From contig SFFY01000002.1 in assembly GCA_004556745.1 (NCBI GenBank), positions 10,056 to 74,055 on the forward strand: a stretch of DNA of 64,000 nucleotides. The letters run 5' to 3'. Below are positions 38,378-47,399 of this stretch, in pieces. The translations under genes and the position numbers were made by a program. This DNA is from Bacteroidales bacterium. Its GTDB lineage: Bacteria; Bacteroidota; Bacteroidia; Bacteroidales; Bacteroidaceae. Below the pieces are notes generated by a model, which had not been told where the DNA came from, made no database searches, and saw only the letters and a list, made by a program, of their open reading frames with translations. Every line of letters starts with the position of its first letter. Positions within the stretch are counted from its first letter, which is position 1.

Positions 38378-38905
38378 ATGGCCAAGAAACACGAGGACAT
38401 AGAACTTGAAATCGAAGAGACGCAGGAAGAGCCTTTGCGCGACGACTTAGAGGAGCAAGAGGCAGCCGAAGAAACGGAGGAACAGGAAGAGCTGGAAGAA
38501 GCCGCTCCGGAGGAAGAAACCGCCCTGTCCGCCCGCGAGCAGCGCAAGGCAACCATTCGCGCCCTGCAAGACGACACCGGCTCGGAGCGTGTGAATATAT
38601 CGCTGCGCACCATTCTCGGCGGCGACCTGCTGGCCGGCAAATGGTTCAGACGGCAGATTTGGCTCATTGTGCTCATTGCGTTCTACATCATTATCTATGT
38701 GAGCAACCGCTACGCCTGCCAGCAAGAAATGATTGAGAGCACGCGCCTCGCCGACACGCTGCTCGACCGCCGCTACAAGGCACTCACCAGCAGCAGCCAG
38801 TTGAAAGAAATGACACGCCGCAGCAAGGTAGAGGAGAACCTCGAAGACTCAACTTTGCACACGCCCACAGAACCTTTGTACAACCTTAAAATAGAAGAAG
38901 AATGA
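38378..38905 (+). CDS. FtsL-like cell division protein with acidic N-terminal extension
   Basis: Between rsmH and the PBP; ILGGDLL, one TM segment, YVSNRY, coiled coil. Confidence 0.8.
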   Translation: MAKKHEDIELEIEETQEEPLRDDLEEQEAAEETEEQEELEEAAPEEETALSAREQRKATIRALQDDTGSERVNISLRTILGGDLLAGKWFRRQIWLIVLIAFYIIIYVSNRYACQQEMIESTRLADTLLDRRYKALTSSSQLKEMTRRSKVEENLEDSTLHTPTEPLYNLKIEEE

Positions 38906-41172
38906 ATTTCCCTGCCAAAAAGATTCTGCCTCGCTACATCGTTATTTTCTTCCTTTTCACCGTGGCAGGGGTAGCCATCATTGCCCGCGCGGCCTATCTT
39001 ATCTTTGGCGACAAAGAGTATTGGATGGCCATAAGCGCACGCTTTAAGAAAGAGAACCAGGAAGTGCCCGCCACGCGCGGCAATATCCTCGCCGCCGGTG
39101 GGGAAGTGCTTGCCACGTCGCTGCCGGAATACAAGATATTCATGGATTTCATGACTTGGGAGAAAGACCCCAAGCGCAAAGCCAGGGCGCAGTTTGTGCG
39201 CGACTCGCTGCTCGAAGACAAGATGGACAGCATCTGCAACGGCATGCACGCCATTTTTTCCGACATTGACCCCGCCAAACTCCGCGCCCACCTGCTCAAG
39301 GGGCGCAAGAAAAAGAGCCATCACTGGCCGATTTATCACAAGCGCATCACTTATCTGCAATACAAGCAGGTGAAGGCATTGCCCCTCTTCAAGATGTCGG
39401 CCAATTCGGGCGGTTTCCACTGCGATGAAATCAAGCTGCGCAAAAATCCCTACGGCGAACTGGCGCGGCGCACCGTCGGGCTCTTCACTTACAAGGGCGA
39501 GGACGAAGTGCTCACGGGTCTCGAACTCGCTTTCGACTCCGTGCTGCGCGGCAAGCCCGGAGTGTCGCACCGACAAAAGGTGCTGAGCCGCTACCTCACC
39601 ATTGTAGACCAGCCGGCAGAGGACGGACTGGACATTCAGACCACGATTGACGTGAACTTTCAGGACATCTGCGAGAAAGCGCTCAACGACAAACTCGTGG
39701 AGGTCGGTGCCAATCAGGGCCTTTGCATTCTCATGGAGGTGCAGACGGGCGACGTGAAAGCCATCACTAGTATGCGTCGCGTTGGAGACGGAGTTTATAA
39801 AGAGATGGACGTAGATGCCGTGAAGAACCTGCTCGAACCCGGCTCCGTGTTCAAGCCCGTGTCGTTCCTCGTAGCCATGAACGACGGATATATAGATATG
39901 GACGACTGGGTAGATACCGGCTGCGGCATCCGACCTATGTACGGGCGTAACATGAAAGACCACAACCACCGCTCGGGCGGCTACGGAGTGCTCACTGTGC
40001 CGCAGATTTTGCAGAAGTCATCGAATATCGGCGTGAGCGTGCTTATCGATAAGCACTACCATAACCAGCCCGAGAAATTCGTGGACGGCGTTTACAGCAC
40101 GGGCATTGCCGAAGACCTCCACCTGCCCATTCCCGGCTATGCCAAACCGCGCATACGCCGTCCGCTACCCGACGGCAGCAACTGGTCGAAGACCGCGCTG
40201 CCCTGGATGAGCATAGGCTACGAAACGCAAATTCCGCCCATTTCAACGCTTAATTTCTACAACGGCATCGCCAACAACGGCAAGATGCTCCAGCCCCGCT
40301 TCGTGAAGGCCATTCTCAAAAATGGCGAGGTCGTAAAGGAATTTCCTGTAAAGGTGATCCGCGAGCAAATGGCCAGCCCCGAGGCAGTCAAGAAGATGCA
40401 GACCTGCTTGGAGCAGGTGGTAAGCATCGGTTTGGGCAAGAAAGCCGGCAGCAAGCAGTTCCATTCTTCTGGTAAGACCGGCACAGCACAGATTTGGACA
40501 AAAAGCGGCTTTTCAACGGAGTATCTCATCTCGTTCGCAGGCTATTTCCCCTCGGAAAATCCTAAATATTCCTGCATCGTATGTATGCGCAAGACCGCCC
40601 CGGCATCGGGTGGCGGCATGTGCGGTCCCGTGTTCCGCCGCGTATCAGAAACCGTGATGGCACAGCAGCGCAACAACACTTACGACAAGGCGCGCGACAC
40701 GGTGCATGTGCTTACGCCGAAAGTGGCGGCTGGCGACCTGCACCGCGCCAAGGCATTGGCAGACGACCTCAAAGTGGGCGTTAGCAGCAGCGTGCCCGAA
40801 AGCGGCTGCGCGTGGGGCAGTTGCGAGAGTGGCAGCGGCACGTTGGCATTGCACACAGAAGCTCCGGCGGCCGCTGACCGTATGCCCGACCTTACCGGCT
40901 ACGGACTGCGCGATGCCGTGTTCCGCATGGAGAAGATGGGCGTACGCGTCACGGCCAGCGGTTCGGGACGCGTGAAGAAGCAGAGCATCGCCGCAGGAAA
41001 GGCGGTAGAGCGCGGTGCTACGGTGGCCCTCACCCTTGCCAACGATGAGGCTGCGCCGCAAGTGGAAAAACCGGAACCTAAGCCCGAACAGAAAGAAGAG
41101 GGCACGCAATCCGAGGCTTCCGCCACGCAGCCCGAAACGCCTCAGAAACCTGAGCCGAAAAAGCAGCAGTAA
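38902..41172 (+). CDS. ftsI: Class B penicillin-binding protein with PASTA domain
   Basis: RGNI, EPGSVFK (SxxK), SSN, GKTGTAQ, MPDLTG PASTA; dcw position. Confidence 0.9.
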   Translation: MNFPAKKILPRYIVIFFLFTVAGVAIIARAAYLIFGDKEYWMAISARFKKENQEVPATRGNILAAGGEVLATSLPEYKIFMDFMTWEKDPKRKARAQFVRDSLLEDKMDSICNGMHAIFSDIDPAKLRAHLLKGRKKKSHHWPIYHKRITYLQYKQVKALPLFKMSANSGGFHCDEIKLRKNPYGELARRTVGLFTYKGEDEVLTGLELAFDSVLRGKPGVSHRQKVLSRYLTIVDQPAEDGLDIQTTIDVNFQDICEKALNDKLVEVGANQGLCILMEVQTGDVKAITSMRRVGDGVYKEMDVDAVKNLLEPGSVFKPVSFLVAMNDGYIDMDDWVDTGCGIRPMYGRNMKDHNHRSGGYGVLTVPQILQKSSNIGVSVLIDKHYHNQPEKFVDGVYSTGIAEDLHLPIPGYAKPRIRRPLPDGSNWSKTALPWMSIGYETQIPPISTLNFYNGIANNGKMLQPRFVKAILKNGEVVKEFPVKVIREQMASPEAVKKMQTCLEQVVSIGLGKKAGSKQFHSSGKTGTAQIWTKSGFSTEYLISFAGYFPSENPKYSCIVCMRKTAPASGGGMCGPVFRRVSETVMAQQRNNTYDKARDTVHVLTPKVAAGDLHRAKALADDLKVGVSSSVPESGCAWGSCESGSGTLALHTEAPAAADRMPDLTGYGLRDAVFRMEKMGVRVTASGSGRVKKQSIAAGKAVERGATVALTLANDEAAPQVEKPEPKPEQKEEGTQSEASATQPETPQKPEPKKQQ

Positions 41173-41219
41173 GACACAATATATTATATGGTCTACTATA
41201 TCGACGATTGCTTAATTGG

Positions 41220-41314
41220 AGTAGGGGCGTTTTGTAAAACGCCCGCCGTGTGTGCCGCAAGGCTCGACTAATGCTGTCAACCATTTTCCGGGCGTTTTGC
41301 AAAACGCCCCTACT
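41220..41314. repeat. GTAG REP doublet
   Basis: AGTAGGGGCGTTTTGTAAAACGCCCG / CGGGCGTTTTGCAAAACGCCCCTACT between ftsI and murE. Confidence 0.9.
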
Positions 41315-41360
41315 GGCGGTCGATTCCCGCTCGCCGTGTATAACCCCAAATATCTCAACG

Positions 41361-42812
41361 ATGAAATTATCTGAAATCCTTGCGAAAGCAAATGCCGCAG
41401 AGGTGCGCGGCAATTTGGAACTCGACATTACGGGCGTGCAGATTGACTCGCGCCAAGTGCAGCCGGGCAATCTCTTCGTCGCCGTGAAAGGCACGCAGGC
41501 CGACGGCCATGCCTTTATACCCAAAGCCATAGAAAACGGCGCGGCGGCCGTATTACAAAGTGACCCGCTGCCCCAGGACGCGCCCGAAGGCGTGACCTTT
41601 GTGCGCGTGGCCGACACGGAGGAAGCCGTGGGACGCGTGGCAACTGCTTTCTACGGCGACCCGACAAGCCGTCTGAAACTCGTGGGCGTGACGGGCACCA
41701 ACGGCAAAACCACCATCGCCACCCTGCTCTACCACCTCTTCCGCAACCTCGGATACAAGTGTGGCCTTTGCTCCACCGTGTGCAACTACATTGACGGTCG
41801 CGAAGTGCCTACGGAGCACACCACGCCCGACCCCATCACCCTGAACCGTCTTTTGGGCGAAATGGCCGAGGCCGGCTGCGAATATGCCTTTATGGAATGC
41901 AGTTCGCACGCCATTCATCAGAAGCGCATCGGCGGCTTGAAGTTCGCCGGCGGCATCTTCACCAACCTCACCCGTGACCACCTCGATTATCACAAGACCT
42001 TTGAGAACTACCGTGACGCGAAAAAGGCCTTCTTCGATAATCTCGGCGCAGATGCCTTTGCCATTACCAATGCTGACGACAAGAACGGCGGCGTGATGGT
42101 GCAGAACACGGCAGCCGCCGTGCGCACCTATTCCACGCGCAGCGCGGCAGACTACAAAGGACGCATTTTGGAAGAAAGCATCGAAGGCATGCTGCTCGAC
42201 ATCGACGGCACAGAGGTAAGCGTGCATTTCGTGGGCCGCTTCAATGTTTCCAATCTTTTGGGCGTTTACGGCGCGGCCTTGATGCTGGGCGTGGAGAAGA
42301 ACGAAGTGCTCCGCCAACTCTCGCTGCTCCACCCCGTAAACGGGCGTTTCGAGGCCATCCGTTCGCCGAAAGGTTTCAGCGCGATTGTGGACTATGCCCA
42401 CACGCCCGACGCTTTGGTAAATGTGCTGACGGCAATCAACGACATACGCCGTGGCGGCCGCATCATCACCGTGTGCGGCGCAGGCGGCAACCGCGACAAA
42501 GGCAAGCGTCCCATCATGGCGCGCGAGGCAGCTGAGCGGAGCGACCGCGTGGTCATCACCAGCGACAACCCCCGCTTTGAAGAGCCGGAGGCCATCATTG
42601 CCGACATGATGGCAGGCGTGTCCGAAGAGTTGCGCCCGAAGGTGCTCTGCATCACCGACCGCCGCGAGGCCATTCGCGCCGCAGCCATGATGGCAGAGAA
42701 GGGCGACATTATCCTCGTGGCAGGCAAAGGGCACGAGCCTTATCAGGACGTGAAAGGCGTGAAACACCATTTCGACGACCACGAAGAAATCCGCAAGGCT
42801 TTCGGCATATAA
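41361..42812 (+). CDS. murE: UDP-MurNAc-dipeptide--meso-DAP ligase
   Basis: [47 protein letters not shown]; start moved to ATG 41361. Confidence 0.96.
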   Translation: MKLSEILAKANAAEVRGNLELDITGVQIDSRQVQPGNLFVAVKGTQADGHAFIPKAIENGAAAVLQSDPLPQDAPEGVTFVRVADTEEAVGRVATAFYGDPTSRLKLVGVTGTNGKTTIATLLYHLFRNLGYKCGLCSTVCNYIDGREVPTEHTTPDPITLNRLLGEMAEAGCEYAFMECSSHAIHQKRIGGLKFAGGIFTNLTRDHLDYHKTFENYRDAKKAFFDNLGADAFAITNADDKNGGVMVQNTAAAVRTYSTRSAADYKGRILEESIEGMLLDIDGTEVSVHFVGRFNVSNLLGVYGAALMLGVEKNEVLRQLSLLHPVNGRFEAIRSPKGFSAIVDYAHTPDALVNVLTAINDIRRGGRIITVCGAGGNRDKGKRPIMAREAAERSDRVVITSDNPRFEEPEAIIADMMAGVSEELRPKVLCITDRREAIRAAAMMAEKGDIILVAGKGHEPYQDVKGVKHHFDDHEEIRKAFGI

Positions 42813-42834
42813 TACATTATATTAATCTATAACC

Positions 42835-42857
42835 GGGCGTATGCGATACGCCCCTAC
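42835..42857. repeat. Single GTAG-type REP (GGGCGTATGCGATACGCCCCTAC)
   Basis: Same GGGCGT...ACGCCCCTAC frame as the other REPs, with a different loop. Confidence 0.7.
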
Positions 42858-42861
42858 GATT

Positions 42862-44133
42862 ATGCTCTACTACTTTTTTCGCTTTCTCGAACAGTTCGGC
42901 GTGCCCGGCTCCGGGCTTTGGAGTTACATCTCCTTCCGCTCGCTGCTGGCACTGATTCTTGCGCTCGTGATTTCCGCGTGGTTCGGCGAGTATTTCATCA
43001 AATGGATGAAGCGGCACAACATCAGCGAGGTGCAGCGCGATGCCAGCATCGACCCCTTCGGCGTGCAGAAAATCAATGTGCCCTCCATGGGCGGCATCAT
43101 TATCATCGTGGCAATCCTCGTGCCCTGCCTGCTGCTCGGCCGCCTGCGCAATATTTATATGATATTGATGCTCGTGACAACCGTGTGGCTCGGGCTGCTC
43201 GGCTTCCTCGACGACTATATCAAAAATTATAAGAAGAACAAGGACGGACTGCCCGGCCGCTACAAAATAGTGGGGCAGGTGCTGCTTGGCCTCTTCGTGG
43301 GGCTGACGCTGTATCTCAGTCCCGACGCCACCATTCGCGAGAACATTGAGATGCGCACAGAGAGCGGCGTGACCGCCGTGGTGCATAAGAGCGAAGCGGT
43401 GAAATCAACGAAAACGACCATTCCGTTTGTCAAAAACAACAACTTAGACTACTCCGAGTTGTTCTCTTTCCTCGGCGAGCATAAGACGAAGGCGGGCTGG
43501 ATATTCTTTGTATTCGTCACGATCTTTGTCATCACGGCCGTGTCGAACGGCGCGAACCTCAACGACGGCATGGACGGCATGGCGGCAGGCAACTCGGCCA
43601 TTATCTGTATCGCGCTCGGCATACTTGCCTACGTGTCGAGCCACATTGAGTTTGCCGGCTACCTTAATATAATGTACGTGCCCGGCTCGCAGGAACTCGT
43701 TATTTTCATTTGCGCCATGGTGGGTGCGCTCATCGGTTTCCTGTGGTACAACGCCTTTCCCGCGCAAATCTTTATGGGCGACACGGGTTCTCTGACCATC
43801 GGCGGCATCATCGCCGTGCTGGCCATCATCATACACAAGGAACTGCTTATCCCCATTCTCTGCGGCATTTTCCTCGTGGAAAGCCTGAGCGTGATACTGC
43901 AAGTGGAATATTTCAAGTTTTGGAAAAAGAAAGGCGAGAAGCGCCGCATCTTCAAGCGCACGCCCATTCACGACAACTTCCGCGTGCTGCCCGCGCAGCT
44001 TGACCCCGAGTGCCGCTATGTGTTCGGCAAATGGCCGCACGGCGCGTGGCACGAATCTAAAATCACCATCCGCTTCTGGATTACCACCATCCTCTTGGCG
44101 GCATTGACCATTATAACATTGAAGATAAGATAA
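42862..44133 (+). CDS. mraY: Phospho-MurNAc-pentapeptide transferase
   Basis: PSMGG, GFLDDYIK, NGANLNDGMDG, FMGDTGSL, PIH. Confidence 0.96.
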   Translation: MLYYFFRFLEQFGVPGSGLWSYISFRSLLALILALVISAWFGEYFIKWMKRHNISEVQRDASIDPFGVQKINVPSMGGIIIIVAILVPCLLLGRLRNIYMILMLVTTVWLGLLGFLDDYIKNYKKNKDGLPGRYKIVGQVLLGLFVGLTLYLSPDATIRENIEMRTESGVTAVVHKSEAVKSTKTTIPFVKNNNLDYSELFSFLGEHKTKAGWIFFVFVTIFVITAVSNGANLNDGMDGMAAGNSAIICIALGILAYVSSHIEFAGYLNIMYVPGSQELVIFICAMVGALIGFLWYNAFPAQIFMGDTGSLTIGGIIAVLAIIIHKELLIPILCGIFLVESLSVILQVEYFKFWKKKGEKRRIFKRTPIHDNFRVLPAQLDPECRYVFGKWPHGAWHESKITIRFWITTILLAALTIITLKIR

Positions 44134-44145
44134 AACACTTTCATT

Positions 44146-45492
44146 ATGCGACTTGTAGCACTTGGAGCAGGCGAGAGCGGCGTGGGCGCAGCCGTACTCG
44201 CAAAGAAAGAAGGCTATGACGTTTTTGTGTCGGACGCAGGAACGATTAGCGAAAAATACCGCACCCTCCTTACGCAGCACAATATTCCCTTTGAAGACGG
44301 CGGGCACACCGAGAGCCTCGTGCTCAACGCCGATGAAATCGTGAAAAGTCCCGGCATTCCCGAAGACGCGCCCATGGTAAAGGCGGTGCGTGAGAAGGGT
44401 ATTCCCGTTATTTCGGAAATAGAATTTGCCGCACGCTATACCGACGCGAAAATGATTTGCATCACCGGCAGCAACGGCAAGACCACCACCACTTCGTGGA
44501 TATTCCATATCATGAAGAAGGCAGGCATCGACGTGGGGCTTGCCGGCAACATCGGCCGCAGCCTTGCCCTGCAAGTGGCAGAAGACCCGCACGCCTGCTA
44601 TGTCATAGAACTTTCGTCGTTCCAGTTGGACGATATGTTCGACTTCCGCGCCGACATCGCCGTGCTGCTCAACATTACGCCCGACCACCTCGACCGCTAC
44701 AACTTTGAGTTGCAAAACTACGTGGACTCCAAAATGCGCATCACGCGCAACCAGCGGCCGAGCGACAGCTTTATTTATTGGCAAAACGACGACCACGTGC
44801 CCGAAGAACTGCATCGCCACCCGATAGGCGGCACGCCGTTGCCGTTCAGCGATGCGCCGGAGGACGGCAGCAAAGGTTTTATTCAGGACGGCGTTATGCG
44901 GCTTTCAGGCCCTGCGGAGTTTGAAATGCCTGTTGCCGACATCTCGCTCATCGGCCGCCACAATCTGCGCAACGCAATGGCGGCGGCAATGGCTTGCCTC
45001 GCAGCGGGTGTGCCTGCAAGCATCGTGCGCGAAGGTTTGGCAGACTTCCCCGGCGTGCCCCACCGCCTTGAAAAGGTGTGCACCGTGGGCGGCGCATTCT
45101 TCATCAACGACTCCAAAGCCACCAACGTAGATGCCTGCCGCGTGGCCCTCGAAGCCGTTGCCGCGCCCGTTATCCTGATTCTCGGCGGCAAGGACAAGGG
45201 CAACGACTACTCCGCCATTATGGATTTGGTGAAAGAAAAATGCAAGGCCCTCGTGTTCCTCGGAGCAGACAATAGCAAGCTGCAAGCTGTGTTCAAGGAC
45301 TGCGGACTGCCCATCTGCGACACTGACAGCATCAGCCGCTGCGTCTTTGCCTGCTGCGCCCTTTCCCATCCTGGCGACACCGTGCTGCTGAGTCCCTGCT
45401 GCGCAAGCTTCGACCTGTTCAACGGTATGGCTGAACGCGGCAACCTGTTCAAGGAATGGGCGCACCGCATGAAGCAAATAGTTGATGCCTGA
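44146..45492 (+). CDS. murD: UDP-MurNAc-L-Ala--D-Glu ligase
   Basis: GAGESG, KSPGIP, ITGSNGKTTT, ELSSFQL, NDSKATN, LSPCCASFD. Confidence 0.96.
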   Translation: MRLVALGAGESGVGAAVLAKKEGYDVFVSDAGTISEKYRTLLTQHNIPFEDGGHTESLVLNADEIVKSPGIPEDAPMVKAVREKGIPVISEIEFAARYTDAKMICITGSNGKTTTTSWIFHIMKKAGIDVGLAGNIGRSLALQVAEDPHACYVIELSSFQLDDMFDFRADIAVLLNITPDHLDRYNFELQNYVDSKMRITRNQRPSDSFIYWQNDDHVPEELHRHPIGGTPLPFSDAPEDGSKGFIQDGVMRLSGPAEFEMPVADISLIGRHNLRNAMAAAMACLAAGVPASIVREGLADFPGVPHRLEKVCTVGGAFFINDSKATNVDACRVALEAVAAPVILILGGKDKGNDYSAIMDLVKEKCKALVFLGADNSKLQAVFKDCGLPICDTDSISRCVFACCALSHPGDTVLLSPCCASFDLFNGMAERGNLFKEWAHRMKQIVDA

Positions 45493-45540
45493 CCATACAA
45501 TATATATATACTATAAACCCATTCAAGCTTTTGCACCGCT

Positions 45541-46746
45541 ATGCAGAAACTTACATCGATATTCCAAGGCGACCGCGTCATTTGGATTATTTATTTCTTC
45601 CTCTGCCTTATTTCCCTGATAGAGGTATTCAGCGCCGGCAGCACGCTGGCCTACAAGTCGGGCACGTTTTGGGCGCCGCTGGTGAAGCAGGCGGCGTTTC
45701 TTGCCGGAGGCACTGTGGTGGCGCTCGCCATTCACGCCGTGCCTTGCCGCCACTTCCGCCCCTTGCCGCTGCTGCTCTATCCAGTCTCGCTGCTCTTATT
45801 GGTCATCACGCTTTTCGGCGGCAAGACCAACGATGCCGCGCGCTGGATTGACCTCGGCATTGTGCAGTTTCAGCCTTCCGAAATCGCCAAAGGCACGCTC
45901 ATCATCACCGTTGCGCTTATCCTCTCCGTGCAGCAAACAGAAAAAGGCACCGACCCGAAAGCCTTTAAGGTAATCCTTATCCTTGCCGGCCTGGTTTGCG
46001 GGTTGATTTTGCCCGAAAACTTCTCCACCGCCGCGCTGCTCTTCGGCGTTGTGGTGCTGATGATGTTTATCGGCCGCGTACCGTACAAACAGCTCGGCAA
46101 ACTCTTCGGCTCGCTGGCGCTGGTAGTGGGACTGGTGGTTGCCGTCGTTGCCGTAACGCCCGACGACAGCCCGCTGTACAAACTGCCCGGAATGGGACGC
46201 ATGCTCACTTGGAAAAACCGCATTGTGCGCCACGGCGCGGACGAAAGGCCCGCACCCAAAGACTACGACATTGACAAAGACGGGCAAATAGCCCACGCCA
46301 ACATAGCCATCGTGTCGAGCAACGGCATCGGCAAAATGCCCGGCAACTCCGTGGAGCGCGACTTCCTCAGCCAGGCCTACTCCGACTTTATCTTTGCCAT
46401 CATCATCGAGGAAATGGGGCTTTGGGGCGCGTTCATTGTCATGGCGCTGTATTTAATATTATTGTTTCGAGCGAGCATCATTGCCGGGCGGTGCGAGCGC
46501 AACTTCCCCGCCTTTCTTGTGATGGGGCTTGCGTTGCTCCTCGTTTCGCAAGCCTTCCTCAACATGCTTGTAGCCGTCGGCCTCTTCCCCGTCACGGGCC
46601 AGCCTTTGCCGCTCATTAGTCGCGGTGGTACGTCCACTCTCATCACCTGCGCCTATTTCGGCATGATGCTTAGCGTCAGCCGCTATTCGCGCCAGAGCGA
46701 GCAGCCCGTCGACCCCGCGCAAGTCAATACGGCAATCAGCGCGTAA
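45541..46746 (+). CDS. ftsW: SEDS family peptidoglycan polymerase
   Basis: ARWI, FQPSEIAK, SDFIFAIIIEEMG, TGQPLPLISRGGTS; follows murD. Confidence 0.92.
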   Translation: MQKLTSIFQGDRVIWIIYFFLCLISLIEVFSAGSTLAYKSGTFWAPLVKQAAFLAGGTVVALAIHAVPCRHFRPLPLLLYPVSLLLLVITLFGGKTNDAARWIDLGIVQFQPSEIAKGTLIITVALILSVQQTEKGTDPKAFKVILILAGLVCGLILPENFSTAALLFGVVVLMMFIGRVPYKQLGKLFGSLALVVGLVVAVVAVTPDDSPLYKLPGMGRMLTWKNRIVRHGADERPAPKDYDIDKDGQIAHANIAIVSSNGIGKMPGNSVERDFLSQAYSDFIFAIIIEEMGLWGAFIVMALYLILLFRASIIAGRCERNFPAFLVMGLALLLVSQAFLNMLVAVGLFPVTGQPLPLISRGGTSTLITCAYFGMMLSVSRYSRQSEQPVDPAQVNTAISA

Positions 46747-46776
46747 AGAAACATAGGGAGATATTGCGGCTCAAAC

Positions 46777-46992
46777 TCAATAAATCAGCCCTAAAAGCCA
46801 AATAGGCAGTTTCTTGCCAATGGGGAACTCTATGTTATCGGCGAGGATATAGGAATCGGGTAGATCGGCAATCTGTGCAAACGATTTGCTTTCGCCGCCT
46901 ACTTCAAAAGTCATGCGTCCGTCTACACGGAAATCGTCGGCAGTCTTCCTGAATTCTGAAGAACGCTTATCGTAATAACCAAAATTTGACAT
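46777..46992 (-). pseudogene. C-terminal remnant of a Bacteroidetes AAA-family ATPase
   Basis: DFRVDGRMTFEVGGESKSFAQI...ADNIE...KLPIWLLGLIY resembles the C-terminus I recall for ~400-aa Bacteroidetes AAA ATPases; no Walker A domain upstream. Confidence 0.65.
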
Positions 46993-47399
46993 AAAAAGGT
47001 TACCGCGATAAGCGATTTTGTGCGATTTTCGCTTACTGCTCTAAGCGATTTACTGCTTTCTCTATACGTAAATTTTTCCCCAAAAAACTATTCATACCCT
47101 TCATTTTGCTTTTAAGTGCTTGATACGTCGGCGTTTGCGTATGAATGGTTTGTTTTCTAAACCTTTCAGCAACCTTTCATTAGTAGTTGCAGGCGGCCTA
47201 AGGGCGTTTCGTCTTTGCTTTTTGCTAATTCATCGTCAAAATTCGCGTGTTGGGACATAGATACTGGGTTTAGATAGGATATTATTATATAAGCAAAGGA
47301 ACTTTTTAATAACTTTGCCGTATGAAGAGGCGCGTGTGCCGCGCTAATTCATTTGTTACCTTAATTGTACCTATTATTAACCTTAATCTATTTAAATCT

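Noticed and set aside
38378..38560. Glu-rich N-terminus of FtsL-like protein and charged tails of the helicase and methyltransferase
   Set aside because: Low-complexity extensions are common in these proteins; no specific signal.
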